Origin: Acidobacteriota bacterium
GTDB lineage: Bacteria > Acidobacteriota > Terriglobia > 20CM-2-55-15
Reading direction: 5' to 3'
DNA length: 64,000 nucleotides
NCBI GenBank assembly: GCA_003223875.1
Contig: QHWY01000086.1
Location: forward strand, 33,233 to 97,232
This document shows positions 10,416 to 19,455 of this stretch, one piece after another. Every line of letters starts with the position of its first letter. The first letter of the stretch is position 1. A program made the position numbers and the translations under genes. The notes under the pieces were generated by a model, which saw only the letters and a list, made by a program, of their open reading frames with translations, was not told the DNA's origin and searched no databases.

Positions 10416-10865
10416 ATGACAAGGCGATCAACCAAACCGGACGTGACACTGGCGGATTACCGTGCACTAGCGGAATTCCGTTACGAGCTTCGCCGTTATC
10501 TGGCCTTAAGCGACCAGGCTGCGCGTTTCGCCGGCCTTCATCCCGGACAATATCGGTTCCTCTTGATGCTCAAGGGCCTGCCGGACGGAATCGAACCGAC
10601 CATTGGGAACCTCGCCGGACGGCTGGGCCTTCGTCATCACAGCACGGTCGAACTGGTCGATCGCCTCGAAAAGCGCGGTTTCATTTACAGGGAACGAAAC
10701 GAACGTCACCGCAGTTTCGTCTTTGTGCGAATCGCGCCCAAGGGTGAAAGCATTCTGCGGAAAATTGTGGCCTCCCGTAAGGTGGATCTCAAGAAAGCCG
10801 GCCCCGTTCTCGTCGAAGCGCTGAACACCTTAATAAAAAATAAAGGAGGTCAACTCAAAAGCTAA
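10416..10865 (+). CDS. MarR family transcriptional regulator
   Basis: Winged-helix pattern ...LAGRLGLRHHSTVELVDRLEKRGFIYRERNERHRSFVFVRIAPKGE is typical of MarR. Length 149 aa. Confidence 0.85.
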   Translation: MTRRSTKPDVTLADYRALAEFRYELRRYLALSDQAARFAGLHPGQYRFLLMLKGLPDGIEPTIGNLAGRLGLRHHSTVELVDRLEKRGFIYRERNERHRSFVFVRIAPKGESILRKIVASRKVDLKKAGPVLVEALNTLIKNKGGQLKS

Positions 10866-12715
10866 TGGGGCAGGGGCGCCTTCCCATCCAAAACGAACGT
10901 CAACAGCTTTGGTGGCACGGTCGGCCCATTCGGTACGGTACCGGGAGGCGGCGGCGCATTGGGCAGCGGCGGCGGCAAAGTCCCCAGGCCTCCCAAGAAG
11001 GAAACGTATTGTTGGCCGTCGAGCATATAGGTAATTGGAGGACCCATCCCCCCGCGCAATCCCGACTGAATCTCCAATAGCTTTTCGCCTTTGTTGGCGT
11101 TGTAAGCAACGAAACGACCATCGGGAATAACCTGGAACACAAGATTTCCGGCCGACGTGACGGTTCCCCCTCCGATGCCTCCTCCGCCCGGAGTGCGCCA
11201 ACGTTCTTTTTGGGTAACCGGATCCCACGCCACGAGCATTCCACGCTGTCCTTCGGGTGGAACCGGTCCGACGGCCGGAGGAGAAGGATGCGTTGGTGCA
11301 GGTTGCGGCGGCGGTTCGACACCGAGACCGGTGCCGCGATTGCCGCGGATGATGCCGAGATTCCGCTCTCCCGGCTTGTAAGTAAAGTTCGTATCGAGCG
11401 CAAAAGTGCTGGTGCTGTTCGTCGACGTCGGTATATAGACCAAACCCGTTGCGGGATTGAACGACATCGGCGACCAGTTGTGGGCCCCTCCCGGTCCGGG
11501 TGCCAGTATGATGCTTTCCTTATTTTGATCGTAATGAGCTTCAGGATTGATGATGGGACGGCCGGTTTCCGGATCGATCCCTTTGGCCCAAGTCACCAGG
11601 GCAAATGGCTGAGCGGATATAAACGCGCCGGTAAGGCGATCGAGCACATAATAGAACCCATCCTTATTGGCCTGCATGAGGACTTTGCGCTGGCGTCCGT
11701 TGATGGTCAGATCCGCCAGGATGAACCCCTGGACGCTGTCATAGTCCCAAGAGTCGCCTGGAACGGGCTGGTAATACCACTTCAGCTCACCGTTATCCGG
11801 CTTTACGGCCAGAATAGAACAAACAAAGAGATTATCCTTGCCCTTGGACTGGCGAAGCTGTTCCGGCCAGGGACCACCATTTCCTGTGCCGAGATAAATA
11901 AGATCCGCCTCGGGATCGTATGCCATGCCGTCCCAAACCGTTCCGCCTCCGCCCAGCTTCCACCATTCGCCCGACCAGGTCTCGGCTGCTTTCTTCAACG
12001 CAGGATTCTCGAAGGGTTTCGATGGATCGCCGGGTATCGTATAGAAGCGCCACGCAAGCTGTCCTGTATGGGCATCGTATGCCGCAAAAAACCCGCGCAC
12101 CGGAAACTCAGCCCCGCTTACCCCGATAATGACTTTGCCTTTTGCCATTCGCGGAGCCATGGTGATGGTGTAATTGTCTTGAGGGTACGCCACGCGCGCT
12201 TCCCAGATTGGCTTTCCGGTCTCGGCGTCGAGGGCTTCCAATCTGCCATCGATCACTGGTGCAATGATTTTTCCCTGATATATCGCGAGACCGCGATTCA
12301 CAATGCCGCAACAAATTTTCGGCCGCACAGTGACTTGATTGACTTCGGGATCCCACCGCCATCGTTCCTTGCCCGTACGCGCATCAACCGCAAAGACAAT
12401 GCTCCAGTTCGTAATGCCGTATAACGTGCCGTTCCAAAACAGCGGGGTGGCTTCCTGATTGCCTCCGCCGGTCCCGACGTCATAGGACCATGCCAGGCCA
12501 AGCCGGGTGACATTGGTTGTGTCGATCTGCTTCAGCGGGCTATAACGCGTCTCGCCGGGAGTCAGGCCATAGGTCAGCCATTCCTCGCCGGTCCTTCCGG
12601 CGTTCCGCAGCGCCAGATCATCCACACGCCGCGCCTGCTGACCCGCCGCGATCCAGGTGGCGAATATCAGCCCCAGAACAGCCAGCAACAAAACCATGAC
12701 CTTTCGAATGTGCAT
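10862..12715 (-). CDS. PQQ-dependent dehydrogenase, methanol/ethanol (quinoprotein) family
   Basis: N-terminal signal peptide. Conserved propeller motifs (WSYDVGTGGGNQEATPLF, W-motif repeats). A proline-rich insertion (PPPQPAPTHPSPPAVGPVPP) sits near the C-terminus. No cytochrome domain. Confidence 0.8.
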   Translation of the reverse strand: MHIRKVMVLLLAVLGLIFATWIAAGQQARRVDDLALRNAGRTGEEWLTYGLTPGETRYSPLKQIDTTNVTRLGLAWSYDVGTGGGNQEATPLFWNGTLYGITNWSIVFAVDARTGKERWRWDPEVNQVTVRPKICCGIVNRGLAIYQGKIIAPVIDGRLEALDAETGKPIWEARVAYPQDNYTITMAPRMAKGKVIIGVSGAEFPVRGFFAAYDAHTGQLAWRFYTIPGDPSKPFENPALKKAAETWSGEWWKLGGGGTVWDGMAYDPEADLIYLGTGNGGPWPEQLRQSKGKDNLFVCSILAVKPDNGELKWYYQPVPGDSWDYDSVQGFILADLTINGRQRKVLMQANKDGFYYVLDRLTGAFISAQPFALVTWAKGIDPETGRPIINPEAHYDQNKESIILAPGPGGAHNWSPMSFNPATGLVYIPTSTNSTSTFALDTNFTYKPGERNLGIIRGNRGTGLGVEPPPQPAPTHPSPPAVGPVPPEGQRGMLVAWDPVTQKERWRTPGGGGIGGGTVTSAGNLVFQVIPDGRFVAYNANKGEKLLEIQSGLRGGMGPPITYMLDGQQYVSFLGGLGTLPPPLPNAPPPPGTVPNGPTVPPKLLTFVLDGKAPLPH

Positions 12716-12881
12716 CGTTGGCCTCTTTTCAAGTGAATTGAAAGGGTGGGGGAATTATACGGAACTTTCCATTTCCGGCGGAGATCATTTCATAGCGCAT
12801 CCGGCTCTTATGAGCTAGACTCCGCCTCAGCCCAAAATCTTGGAGATATCCAAAACGTTTCGTTAACGAAAGGAGAATCTA

Positions 12882-13699
12882 TGCGTTTGCGTACAGTAAC
12901 GATAGGGATCGTAGCGGTCGTTCTGGTCGTGCTGGCGTGGAGCCTCGTGGCCCAAACCCAGGCACAGAACAAACCGGCTCAGTTCCTGCAACTGACGATC
13001 ACAACGGTTAAACCGTCAGGGATTAACGATTATGAGGAGTTCGTGAAAAAGCTGAATGCGGCTCGGGATAAGACAGGGGGATCGCCCGCACAGCTCGTTT
13101 ATGCCGTCAATCTCGGAGGACCAGGTTTCACTTTTTATGCGATTACCCAGTGGGAAAAGTGGGCAGACCGCGATAAATTTCCGAACGGGGGTCAGATGCT
13201 CAGGAAGGTCTATGGCGAAGCTGAAGCGGCCCGCTTGCAGAAATTGCAACGTGATGCCATTGTGAACACGCGGAGCGAAGTCTACGCGTATGACGCCGAT
13301 GCCAGCTTGAATCCGAGAGTGATCGATCCGCCGGCGGCCTTCATTAACCTGCAACGGACGGTACTCGAGCCGGGAATGGCTGGAGCATACGCAGCTGCAC
13401 TGGCGAAGCTCAAGAATGCGGAAGAAAAAGCAGGGGACAAGCGGACGATCATCCGGCGCAATGAGATACAGGGCGGAGCTTTCGTGCGCTACCAGGCAGT
13501 GATCGTCAGCAAGCTCAGTGATCGTGATGTGCAAAACCCCAATGCCGGAGATTCCCTAAGGAAAATATACGGCAATGCCGAAGCAACGCAGGTTCAGGAG
13601 ACTCTTAACAAGGCGATCCGCAATCGGACACAAGTCTTCCTGGCCTATCGTCCGGATCTGAGCAAACCGAAAGCGACGGGGGGTGTAAGCAGTAATTGA
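12882..13699 (+). CDS. hypothetical secreted protein with internal tandem duplication
   Basis: Start chosen at ATG 12882, which has an AAGGAGA RBS and the signal peptide MRLRTVTIGIVAVVLVVLAWSLVAQ. Two about 100-aa repeats, each ending in a DRD...RK(V/I)YG(E/N)AEA motif. Confidence 0.55.
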
Positions 13700-13707
13700 T
13701 CCAAAAG

Positions 13708-14039
13708 TCCCTCTCCCTCTGGGAGGTGTTGCAAAACGAGACGCAGTGCGAATTCAAACGACCAGACTACTCAGTCACCCAATGATTGATTTCGTCAGTG
13801 GGTAGTTGCGTCATCAGCGCTTTGCACAAAAAATACATCGTGGGCGCTCATAGAGCGCCCCTACAGTTGCGCACCCCAAGCTGTAGGGGCGGTCTATGAC
13901 CGCCCTGGATTTTTTGTGCAAAGCCCATCATCAGGTAATTTGACAACTGCATTTGACACCGCACATTGGACACTCGATATTTGACAATCCAAGCACCCAG
14001 CGTAAGCCAGTTTTGCAACACCCTCTTCTGGGAGAGGGA
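13708..14039. mobile_element. Composite inverted-repeat-bounded element containing a nested MITE-A and four TTGACA direct repeats
   Basis: Left end TCCCTCTCCCTCTGGGAGGTGTTGCAAAAC and right end GTTTTGCAACACCCTCTTCTGGGAGAGGGA are about 30-bp imperfect inverted repeats. The interior has MITE-A (13819..13925) and TTGACA-like repeats at 13939, 13953, 13967 and 13981. Confidence 0.4.
13819..13925 (-). repeat. MITE family A copy 1 (107-bp near-palindromic element GCTTTGCACAAAAAAT...ATTTTTTGTGCAAAGCC)
   Basis: Near-identical to the copies at 27463, 32855, 52388, 57782 and 60998, in reverse orientation. Flanked by catcag/catcatcag. Confidence 0.8.
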
Positions 14040-14051
14040 AAGCCGCTGCAG

Positions 14052-14756
14052 TCACGCCGGGCGCTCTGACATCGCGATAAGCGCTTGCCGGGCTTCGTCC
14101 ATATTCGAGATTGGAGTTGGGAAAAAGAATCGCTTTTTCTTGTTCGAATTCAGCACGTCGAATCCCTCGGAGTCGATTCCAACCATCACAACCGAAGAAT
14201 CCGCGTGCGCGTAATGCCGCAGTGCGGCCACGTGATCCTCGTTCATATGCTGGAGGATTCTCGCCTCCTGCGACGGAGAAAACGGATTTTCCGACAGGAA
14301 TTCATCCCGTTCGATCCAATAAATTTGGCCGAATCCGCCGATGAATCTCAGTCGGACCAACTCGAGGCGGAAAAACTCGAAGTCATGCGTTCCGGCATAC
14401 TGCCGCGACCCTGGAAAATACCTGAAGTAACGCTCGGGCGCATCGTCCTCGTCCGGACCGAGAAGGCGCGCGTTACCAATACAAGTCAGGCGTCCTCGCG
14501 CCTGCACGTCGTCGGAATCGCCTTTCTCCAAAACGGTCAAGGACACACGCGGGTCGGCAAGGATGTTCCTGGTATGTTGCGCGATCCGGCTAATGTAAAT
14601 GACGGGCCGGCACTGCCGATCGGCGCAGTATGGCGTCACCGAACCGAACGGGTATCCGGGCACGTCGAGCGAGATCGTTGAAAGCACCCCAAAACTCTGT
14701 TGCAAAAACAATCGTCGGGCTTCATTGTGTTCCTTCATTCTTCCGAGTATAGGCAA
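14052..14756 (-). CDS. Pyridoxamine 5'-phosphate oxidase-like / HugZ-like protein with DUF2470-like C-terminal domain
   Basis: N-terminal split-barrel FMN-binding-like pattern (GVLSTISLDVPGYPFGSVTPY...). C-terminal region resembles DUF2470 of HugZ-family heme-utilisation proteins. Confidence 0.55.
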   Translation of the reverse strand: MPILGRMKEHNEARRLFLQQSFGVLSTISLDVPGYPFGSVTPYCADRQCRPVIYISRIAQHTRNILADPRVSLTVLEKGDSDDVQARGRLTCIGNARLLGPDEDDAPERYFRYFPGSRQYAGTHDFEFFRLELVRLRFIGGFGQIYWIERDEFLSENPFSPSQEARILQHMNEDHVAALRHYAHADSSVVMVGIDSEGFDVLNSNKKKRFFFPTPISNMDEARQALIAMSERPA

Positions 14757-14773
14757 GGGGCAAGGAGAAAACT

Positions 14774-15289
14774 ATGACAAGGATCTTTGCAATCGTGTTG
14801 CTGCTTGCGCAGGCAAGCGCAACGAAAGTTCTTCCCGTGACCGATGTGAAGGCGTCCGATATTCAGGCCACGGTCAAAGAGGAAATCGCCAAAAAACTGA
14901 CCGATGTCCCGATTCGTACCGTGGACGCCGGCGGGCACAACATAAGCATCGCCGTTGTCCATCGCGATAATGGAACCAACCTGACGGGCATGGCCGCGCA
15001 TGACAAGGTATCCGAGGTCTACTACATTGTCGAAGGTTCTGGGACATTCGTCACAGGAGGCACGCTCGTCAAGCCGCAAAAGCGTGAAAGCTCCAGCGAC
15101 ACCGTAAAGCAGCTCAGCGGCCCCGGCTATGCCGGCACTGGAATTCAAGGTGGAACGAGCCGGCGCCTATCCAAAGGCGACATGGTCATCATTCCCGCCG
15201 GGACGCCCCACGGGTTTACCGACGTTCAGGAAGCGATCACCTATACCATTGTCCGGATCGACCCCAGCCGCCTTCTGGCGTTGAAGTGA
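14774..15289 (+). CDS. Secreted cupin domain protein
   Basis: Signal peptide, then cupin motifs (YYIVEGSGTF ... MVIIPAGTPHGF). Paralogous to 59061..59630. Confidence 0.6.
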   Translation: MTRIFAIVLLLAQASATKVLPVTDVKASDIQATVKEEIAKKLTDVPIRTVDAGGHNISIAVVHRDNGTNLTGMAAHDKVSEVYYIVEGSGTFVTGGTLVKPQKRESSSDTVKQLSGPGYAGTGIQGGTSRRLSKGDMVIIPAGTPHGFTDVQEAITYTIVRIDPSRLLALK

Positions 15290-15343
15290 GAAGACCAGTA
15301 TACTTCGGTCGAAATCGCAATTATCGCGACGAAGGAGGCGTTA

Positions 15344-16600
15344 ATGTCGAAGAAACTGTTTTTCCTATTGATGATCGCCGCAGTCCTGTCATTCGCCGGA
15401 CTCATGCTTGGCCAAGGTCAAGGGCGGGGCGGCCGGGACGATCAACTCAATTTGCCGGATGGACCGGGTAAAGACATCCTGCAGAGTGCCTGTACGGAGT
15501 GTCACAACCTCCAGATGGCCGTGGGCACCGGCTACAACCGCGAGGAGTGGGGACTCACACTCGAGCGTATGATCACGGCCGGCGCGAAAATGACACCGGA
15601 TCAGATTCCGGTCGTGACGGATTATCTGCTCAAGAACCTCGCAGGAGAAGGCCCGAAACCAGCCGTGATCGTGCCGGGCTCCGTGACGGTGTCTTTCAAA
15701 GAATGGGGGCTGCCGACAAAGGGATCGCGGCCGCACGATCCTTGGGCTGCGCCGGACGGGTCGATCTGGTACAGCGGTATGTATGCCAACGTGATCGGAC
15801 ATGTGGATCCGAAAACGGGACAGATCAAGGAATATCACCTCAAGACGCCACGTTCAGGGCCCCATGGTCTCGTTGGGGATAAAGAGGGCAACATCTGGTT
15901 CACCGCAAATTCCAAGAGCTATATCGGAAAACTTAACCCGAAGACCGGCGACGTTACCGAATACAAACTTCCTGAAGGCGCGCGCGACCCGCACACGCCG
16001 ATTTTCGATCAAAAGGGCACCTTGTTCTTCACCGTCCAGGGCGCGAACATGATCGGGCGGCTAGATCCAAAAACAGGAGACATCAAGATTGTCACATCGC
16101 CGACTCCGCGGTCGCTTCCCTACGGAATGGTCGTAAGCTCGAAAGGTGTACCGTTCCTCGTCGAATTCGGCGCGCCAAAAGTAGCGAGCATCGATCCGGC
16201 AACGCTGGCGATCAAAGAATACCCGCTGCCGCACGAAGAGTCGCGGCCGCGGCGCATCGCGATTACCAGTGACGACGTCATCTGGTACTCGGATTATTCG
16301 CGCGGTTACCTGGGGCGGCTGGATCCGAAAACGGGAAATGTGAAAGAGTGGCCATCGCCGAGCGGCCCGACGTCGCTGCCTTACGGCATCACGACATACA
16401 ACGACATCATCTGGTACAGCGAATCGGGAGTAAAGCCGAACACGCTAGTCCGGTTCGATCCTAAGACCGAGAAATTCCAGACCTGGACAATTCCGTCCGG
16501 TGGCGGTGTCGTTCGAAATATGATGGCGATGAAGGATGGGAACCTCGCGATCGCTGAAAGCGGTATCAATAAAGTCGCGTTGGCGGAAGTGAAGAAGTAG
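15344..16600 (+). CDS. Cytochrome c domain fused to Vgb-like (streptogramin-lyase-like) beta-propeller protein
   Basis: Signal peptide. A single CxxCH heme-binding motif (SACTECHNL) with downstream Met. Then about 7 repeats of the P(H/Y)G(L/M)xxDxxGNIWFT-type propeller motif. Confidence 0.65.
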   Translation: MSKKLFFLLMIAAVLSFAGLMLGQGQGRGGRDDQLNLPDGPGKDILQSACTECHNLQMAVGTGYNREEWGLTLERMITAGAKMTPDQIPVVTDYLLKNLAGEGPKPAVIVPGSVTVSFKEWGLPTKGSRPHDPWAAPDGSIWYSGMYANVIGHVDPKTGQIKEYHLKTPRSGPHGLVGDKEGNIWFTANSKSYIGKLNPKTGDVTEYKLPEGARDPHTPIFDQKGTLFFTVQGANMIGRLDPKTGDIKIVTSPTPRSLPYGMVVSSKGVPFLVEFGAPKVASIDPATLAIKEYPLPHEESRPRRIAITSDDVIWYSDYSRGYLGRLDPKTGNVKEWPSPSGPTSLPYGITTYNDIIWYSESGVKPNTLVRFDPKTEKFQTWTIPSGGGVVRNMMAMKDGNLAIAESGINKVALAEVKK

Positions 16601-16610
16601 CCGGTCGCGA

Positions 16611-16677
16611 CAAATGACAATTGAACCTTGAACATCGGCAATTTCTTCAGAAATGTTTATTGTTCAATTGTCATTTG
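16611..16677. terminator. Perfect 16-bp inverted repeat (CAAATGACAATTGAAC...GTTCAATTGTCATTTG) between convergent genes
   Basis: The stem is perfect and the loop is about 35 nt. It lies between the stop of the 15344..16600 gene and the stop of the 16682..17401 gene. Likely a bidirectional terminator or a small palindromic element. Confidence 0.4.
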
Positions 16678-16681
16678 TCAT

Positions 16682-17401
16682 TTATTGGCGGGAATCCTGA
16701 CAGATGTATTCGAACATCTCGCCGCCGGAAATCCAAGATGACGGCGTTTTCTCCGTGATCGTCCAAGCCCCGGACCAGGGTTTGGTGTACGCGCCCGGAT
16801 CATCAATCGTAAATTCATAGGAAAGCGTTTTGAGATTAGGACGCGAAATCCGTTCGATGAGGTGCAACTGTTCAGTCGTCGGATAAGATCCCGCTACCCA
16901 CTGTTTTTCGTTGAAGCCCACGGAGTCGATTACCAGCGTATCGCCTTCCCAATGCCCGATCGAGTGCCCTAAAAACGTCGGCCTCAAATCATCGCCCGTC
17001 GGATGCGGGCGGCCATCCATATAAATTACGCGCCAGGCGTGCGGGCCGGCAATGTTGAGGATAAAAACGCTCTTGAGCTCCGGCGCTTCGACAATCTCAA
17101 AGCCTGGAGCGTTGAAGAAGGATGGTCCTGTCGCGGGCTTGCAACCGACGAGCGGGGGATAGAGATCCGTGCGCGAAGTTCGGTATTGATAGAGCGCCCT
17201 CGCCCAGGGCTGGAACGGCACATCGGCAGCACGGGGCGTACCGCCCAGGCCCGGCCGCACTTCCCAATAGCCTTTCTTGTCCGGCGTTGATCCCAGGTTG
17301 ACGTGTCCGTCCGGCCAACGCGGCGCAGGCTCGAGAGGCGCTTGAGCGAAGCCATACGTCATCATCACGGAAAAAACTACAAGCCCCGGAATGATCCTCA
17401 T
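16682..17401 (-). CDS. Secreted hypothetical protein (B-domain family, PRWPDG...KKGYW motif)
   Basis: Signal peptide. Shares PRWPDG...GKKGYW...PFQPWA..LY(E/Q)YR motifs with the C-terminal half of the 17820..18941 protein. Confidence 0.6.
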   Translation of the reverse strand: MRIIPGLVVFSVMMTYGFAQAPLEPAPRWPDGHVNLGSTPDKKGYWEVRPGLGGTPRAADVPFQPWARALYQYRTSRTDLYPPLVGCKPATGPSFFNAPGFEIVEAPELKSVFILNIAGPHAWRVIYMDGRPHPTGDDLRPTFLGHSIGHWEGDTLVIDSVGFNEKQWVAGSYPTTEQLHLIERISRPNLKTLSYEFTIDDPGAYTKPWSGAWTITEKTPSSWISGGEMFEYICQDSRQ

Positions 17402-17415
17402 TAGAATCTCCGCGA

Positions 17416-17808
17416 TTACCGCATCGGCAACTTCTGTCCGCTCGCCAGGATCATGTGCGTTGTTTGCTCCGACCCGGCAGCATTACCCCCGTCTTTGGCG
17501 AGAGCGGCGGCTTCAACCGTAACGTTGTCGCCTATCTTCACGGTGTCCCGCTTCCAACCACCGCGGACGAGCGCGTATGGCGGCCCCATTTCGATCTTGA
17601 AGTGCTTCACGGCGCCGCTTTCGTCTTTAGTGTCGATGTAGACAAAGGCGTGGGGATTTACCCAATCCAGCTTTGTCACGACTCCGGAAACCGTTATCGG
17701 TTTTTTCGAATCATACTCGGCATCAAAGGAGTGATGCGCCACGAGCGGCTTCACCGTCAGAAGCGTTACAGCGAATGCAAGTAATAAAGAAACCGTGCTC
17801 AGTTTCAT
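17416..17808 (-). CDS. Secreted OB-fold-like protein (A-domain family; YgiW/BOF-like pattern)
   Basis: Start moved to the ATG with a GGAGAGAG RBS, giving signal peptide MKLSTVSLLLAFAVTLLTV. ITVSGVVTKLDWVNPHAFVYIDTKDESG resembles bacterial OB-fold (BOF) proteins. Paralogue of the N-terminal half of the 17820..18941 protein. Confidence 0.5.
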   Translation of the reverse strand: MKLSTVSLLLAFAVTLLTVKPLVAHHSFDAEYDSKKPITVSGVVTKLDWVNPHAFVYIDTKDESGAVKHFKIEMGPPYALVRGGWKRDTVKIGDNVTVEAAALAKDGGNAAGSEQTTHMILASGQKLPMR

Positions 17809-17819
17809 CTTTCTCTCTC

Positions 17820-18941
17820 CTAACGCACGAATGTCGATTCTGCATTGTCTTCGCAAAAGTATTCCTGAATTTCCTGATCCGGAACCCACTGGATCGTCCA
17901 GCCTCCAGTCCATGTGCGTGTATAGGTTCGCGGATCATCTACCGTCACTTCGTATTTCAATGTGTTCAAATCCGTTCGCGTGAAGCGCTCGATGAGATGA
18001 AGCGCCTCGGTATGAGGCAGGCCGCCCGGCCCGAGCCAAAACTTTTCGTTGAACCCGACGGAGTCGACGACGAGCGTATCTTTTTCCCAATGACCGACAG
18101 AACTTCCGTAATAGCTCGGTACCTGTTCCGCCGACTGGCCGACCGGCCGGCCGTCGGTATAAATAATCCGCCAATTGCGATCGCCGCCCCCCAACAAGAT
18201 CAGAATGCGTCCGAGGTCTCTTTGCTCGATGAATTGAAATCCATTGGGCACGAGGAACTGGCGCGGTCCACCCGGCGGCAGGCACCGCGCCAGAGGATCG
18301 TCTTTGAGAAGGTTGCGCTGGCGATATTCGTATAGCGCTTTGGCCCAGGGTTGGAAGGGAGCGACTTTGTCCGCATCCGCGATGTTGAGCAACAGGCCAT
18401 CCTCGGTCATCGCGATCTTAGTTGCAGAGTTCTCCACCAATACTTTCGTGCTCGCGGTTCCCCAATATCCCTTTTTCCCCGGAGGCGGACCCGGACGAAT
18501 TTGACCATCCGGCCACCGCGGCGCAGGCGGTGCGGGCGCGGTCGCGCGCGCTATTGCGCTCAGGTTGAACAAGCGCTTGCCGGTCCGCGTTAACACAACA
18601 GACTTCGCGAAGACCTGTCTTGTCGTACCTCGTGCCGGCGTACCTTCGACAGTAACGGCGTCACCGATGTGCAGCGCACTTCGTTTCCCGCCGCTTCTCT
18701 CGAGATCGAGCGGATTGCCGAATTGTATGGCCCAGTTCGTGACGATTCCTGATGCATCTTTCGTATCGATAAACAGAAATGCGTTCGGATTGACCCAATC
18801 GATCCTCGTCACAATTCCCTGCAGTTTGACTTGCCGGTTGCTGTCGTAAGTCGTGGAAAAATTGCGCTGCGAAAGAAGAAATGGAGCGGTGCATAGAATC
18901 GCGAGGACAACGGCCGGCAGGATGCTTCTGATCGTCTTCAC
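17820..18941 (-). CDS. Secreted hypothetical protein, fusion of A-domain (OB-fold-like) and B-domain
   Basis: The N-terminal part VKLQGIVTRIDWVNPNAFLFIDTKDASG aligns with the 17416 and 19456 proteins. The C-terminal part aligns with the 16682 protein. Start assigned to GTG 18941 with a GAGGGA RBS and signal peptide; the longest ORF extends to 19082. Confidence 0.55.
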   Translation of the reverse strand: MKTIRSILPAVVLAILCTAPFLLSQRNFSTTYDSNRQVKLQGIVTRIDWVNPNAFLFIDTKDASGIVTNWAIQFGNPLDLERSGGKRSALHIGDAVTVEGTPARGTTRQVFAKSVVLTRTGKRLFNLSAIARATAPAPPAPRWPDGQIRPGPPPGKKGYWGTASTKVLVENSATKIAMTEDGLLLNIADADKVAPFQPWAKALYEYRQRNLLKDDPLARCLPPGGPRQFLVPNGFQFIEQRDLGRILILLGGGDRNWRIIYTDGRPVGQSAEQVPSYYGSSVGHWEKDTLVVDSVGFNEKFWLGPGGLPHTEALHLIERFTRTDLNTLKYEVTVDDPRTYTRTWTGGWTIQWVPDQEIQEYFCEDNAESTFVR

Positions 18942-18942
18942 G

Positions 18943-19347
18943 CTAGTCCCTCGTAATTCGGAAATCACCTTTTGCCGTTCCCTGCCGCCAGGTGCCCGTG
19001 ATCTTGCGATGGTAAGAACCGATATCGTCCAAATTGCCCTCCGCGGTGATGTGAGCCGGACTGCCGGAGGGATCCTTCGCATCTGCTTCTATCCGAATGG
19101 TCCAGTTCGTCACATCCAGGAAAACACTCGCCAACGGAATGGCATCCGGGCCTGGATTGATCAAGCCGGTGACATTCTTGCCGTCCCAGTTCATGACGAT
19201 CGTGAGGTGATTCCGCTGGGTGGCGGTCGGTCCCCAGTCACCGGACCACGTCCCCGTCAGAGGATGGCCTTCCTGTGCGAGCGCAAAAAATGACGCGGCG
19301 AGACATGCCGTGACGCAAAGCAGACGAAAAACTCGTCTCGATATCAT
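18943..19347 (-). CDS. Small secreted hypothetical protein
   Basis: Signal peptide MISRRVFRLLCVTACLAASFFALAQ. Beta-rich, no known motif. Its stop abuts the start of the downstream gene. Confidence 0.45.
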   Translation of the reverse strand: MISRRVFRLLCVTACLAASFFALAQEGHPLTGTWSGDWGPTATQRNHLTIVMNWDGKNVTGLINPGPDAIPLASVFLDVTNWTIRIEADAKDPSGSPAHITAEGNLDDIGSYHRKITGTWRQGTAKGDFRITRD

Positions 19348-19455
19348 AGATCCGCGAATATATCGCTATATAGGTCACACCGCAATGTTCTCACCGGCCG
19401 CCGCCGCGAGATTGTTTCAAGGTGACGCTGCTGTGAAATCACGGTAAGCTACACC

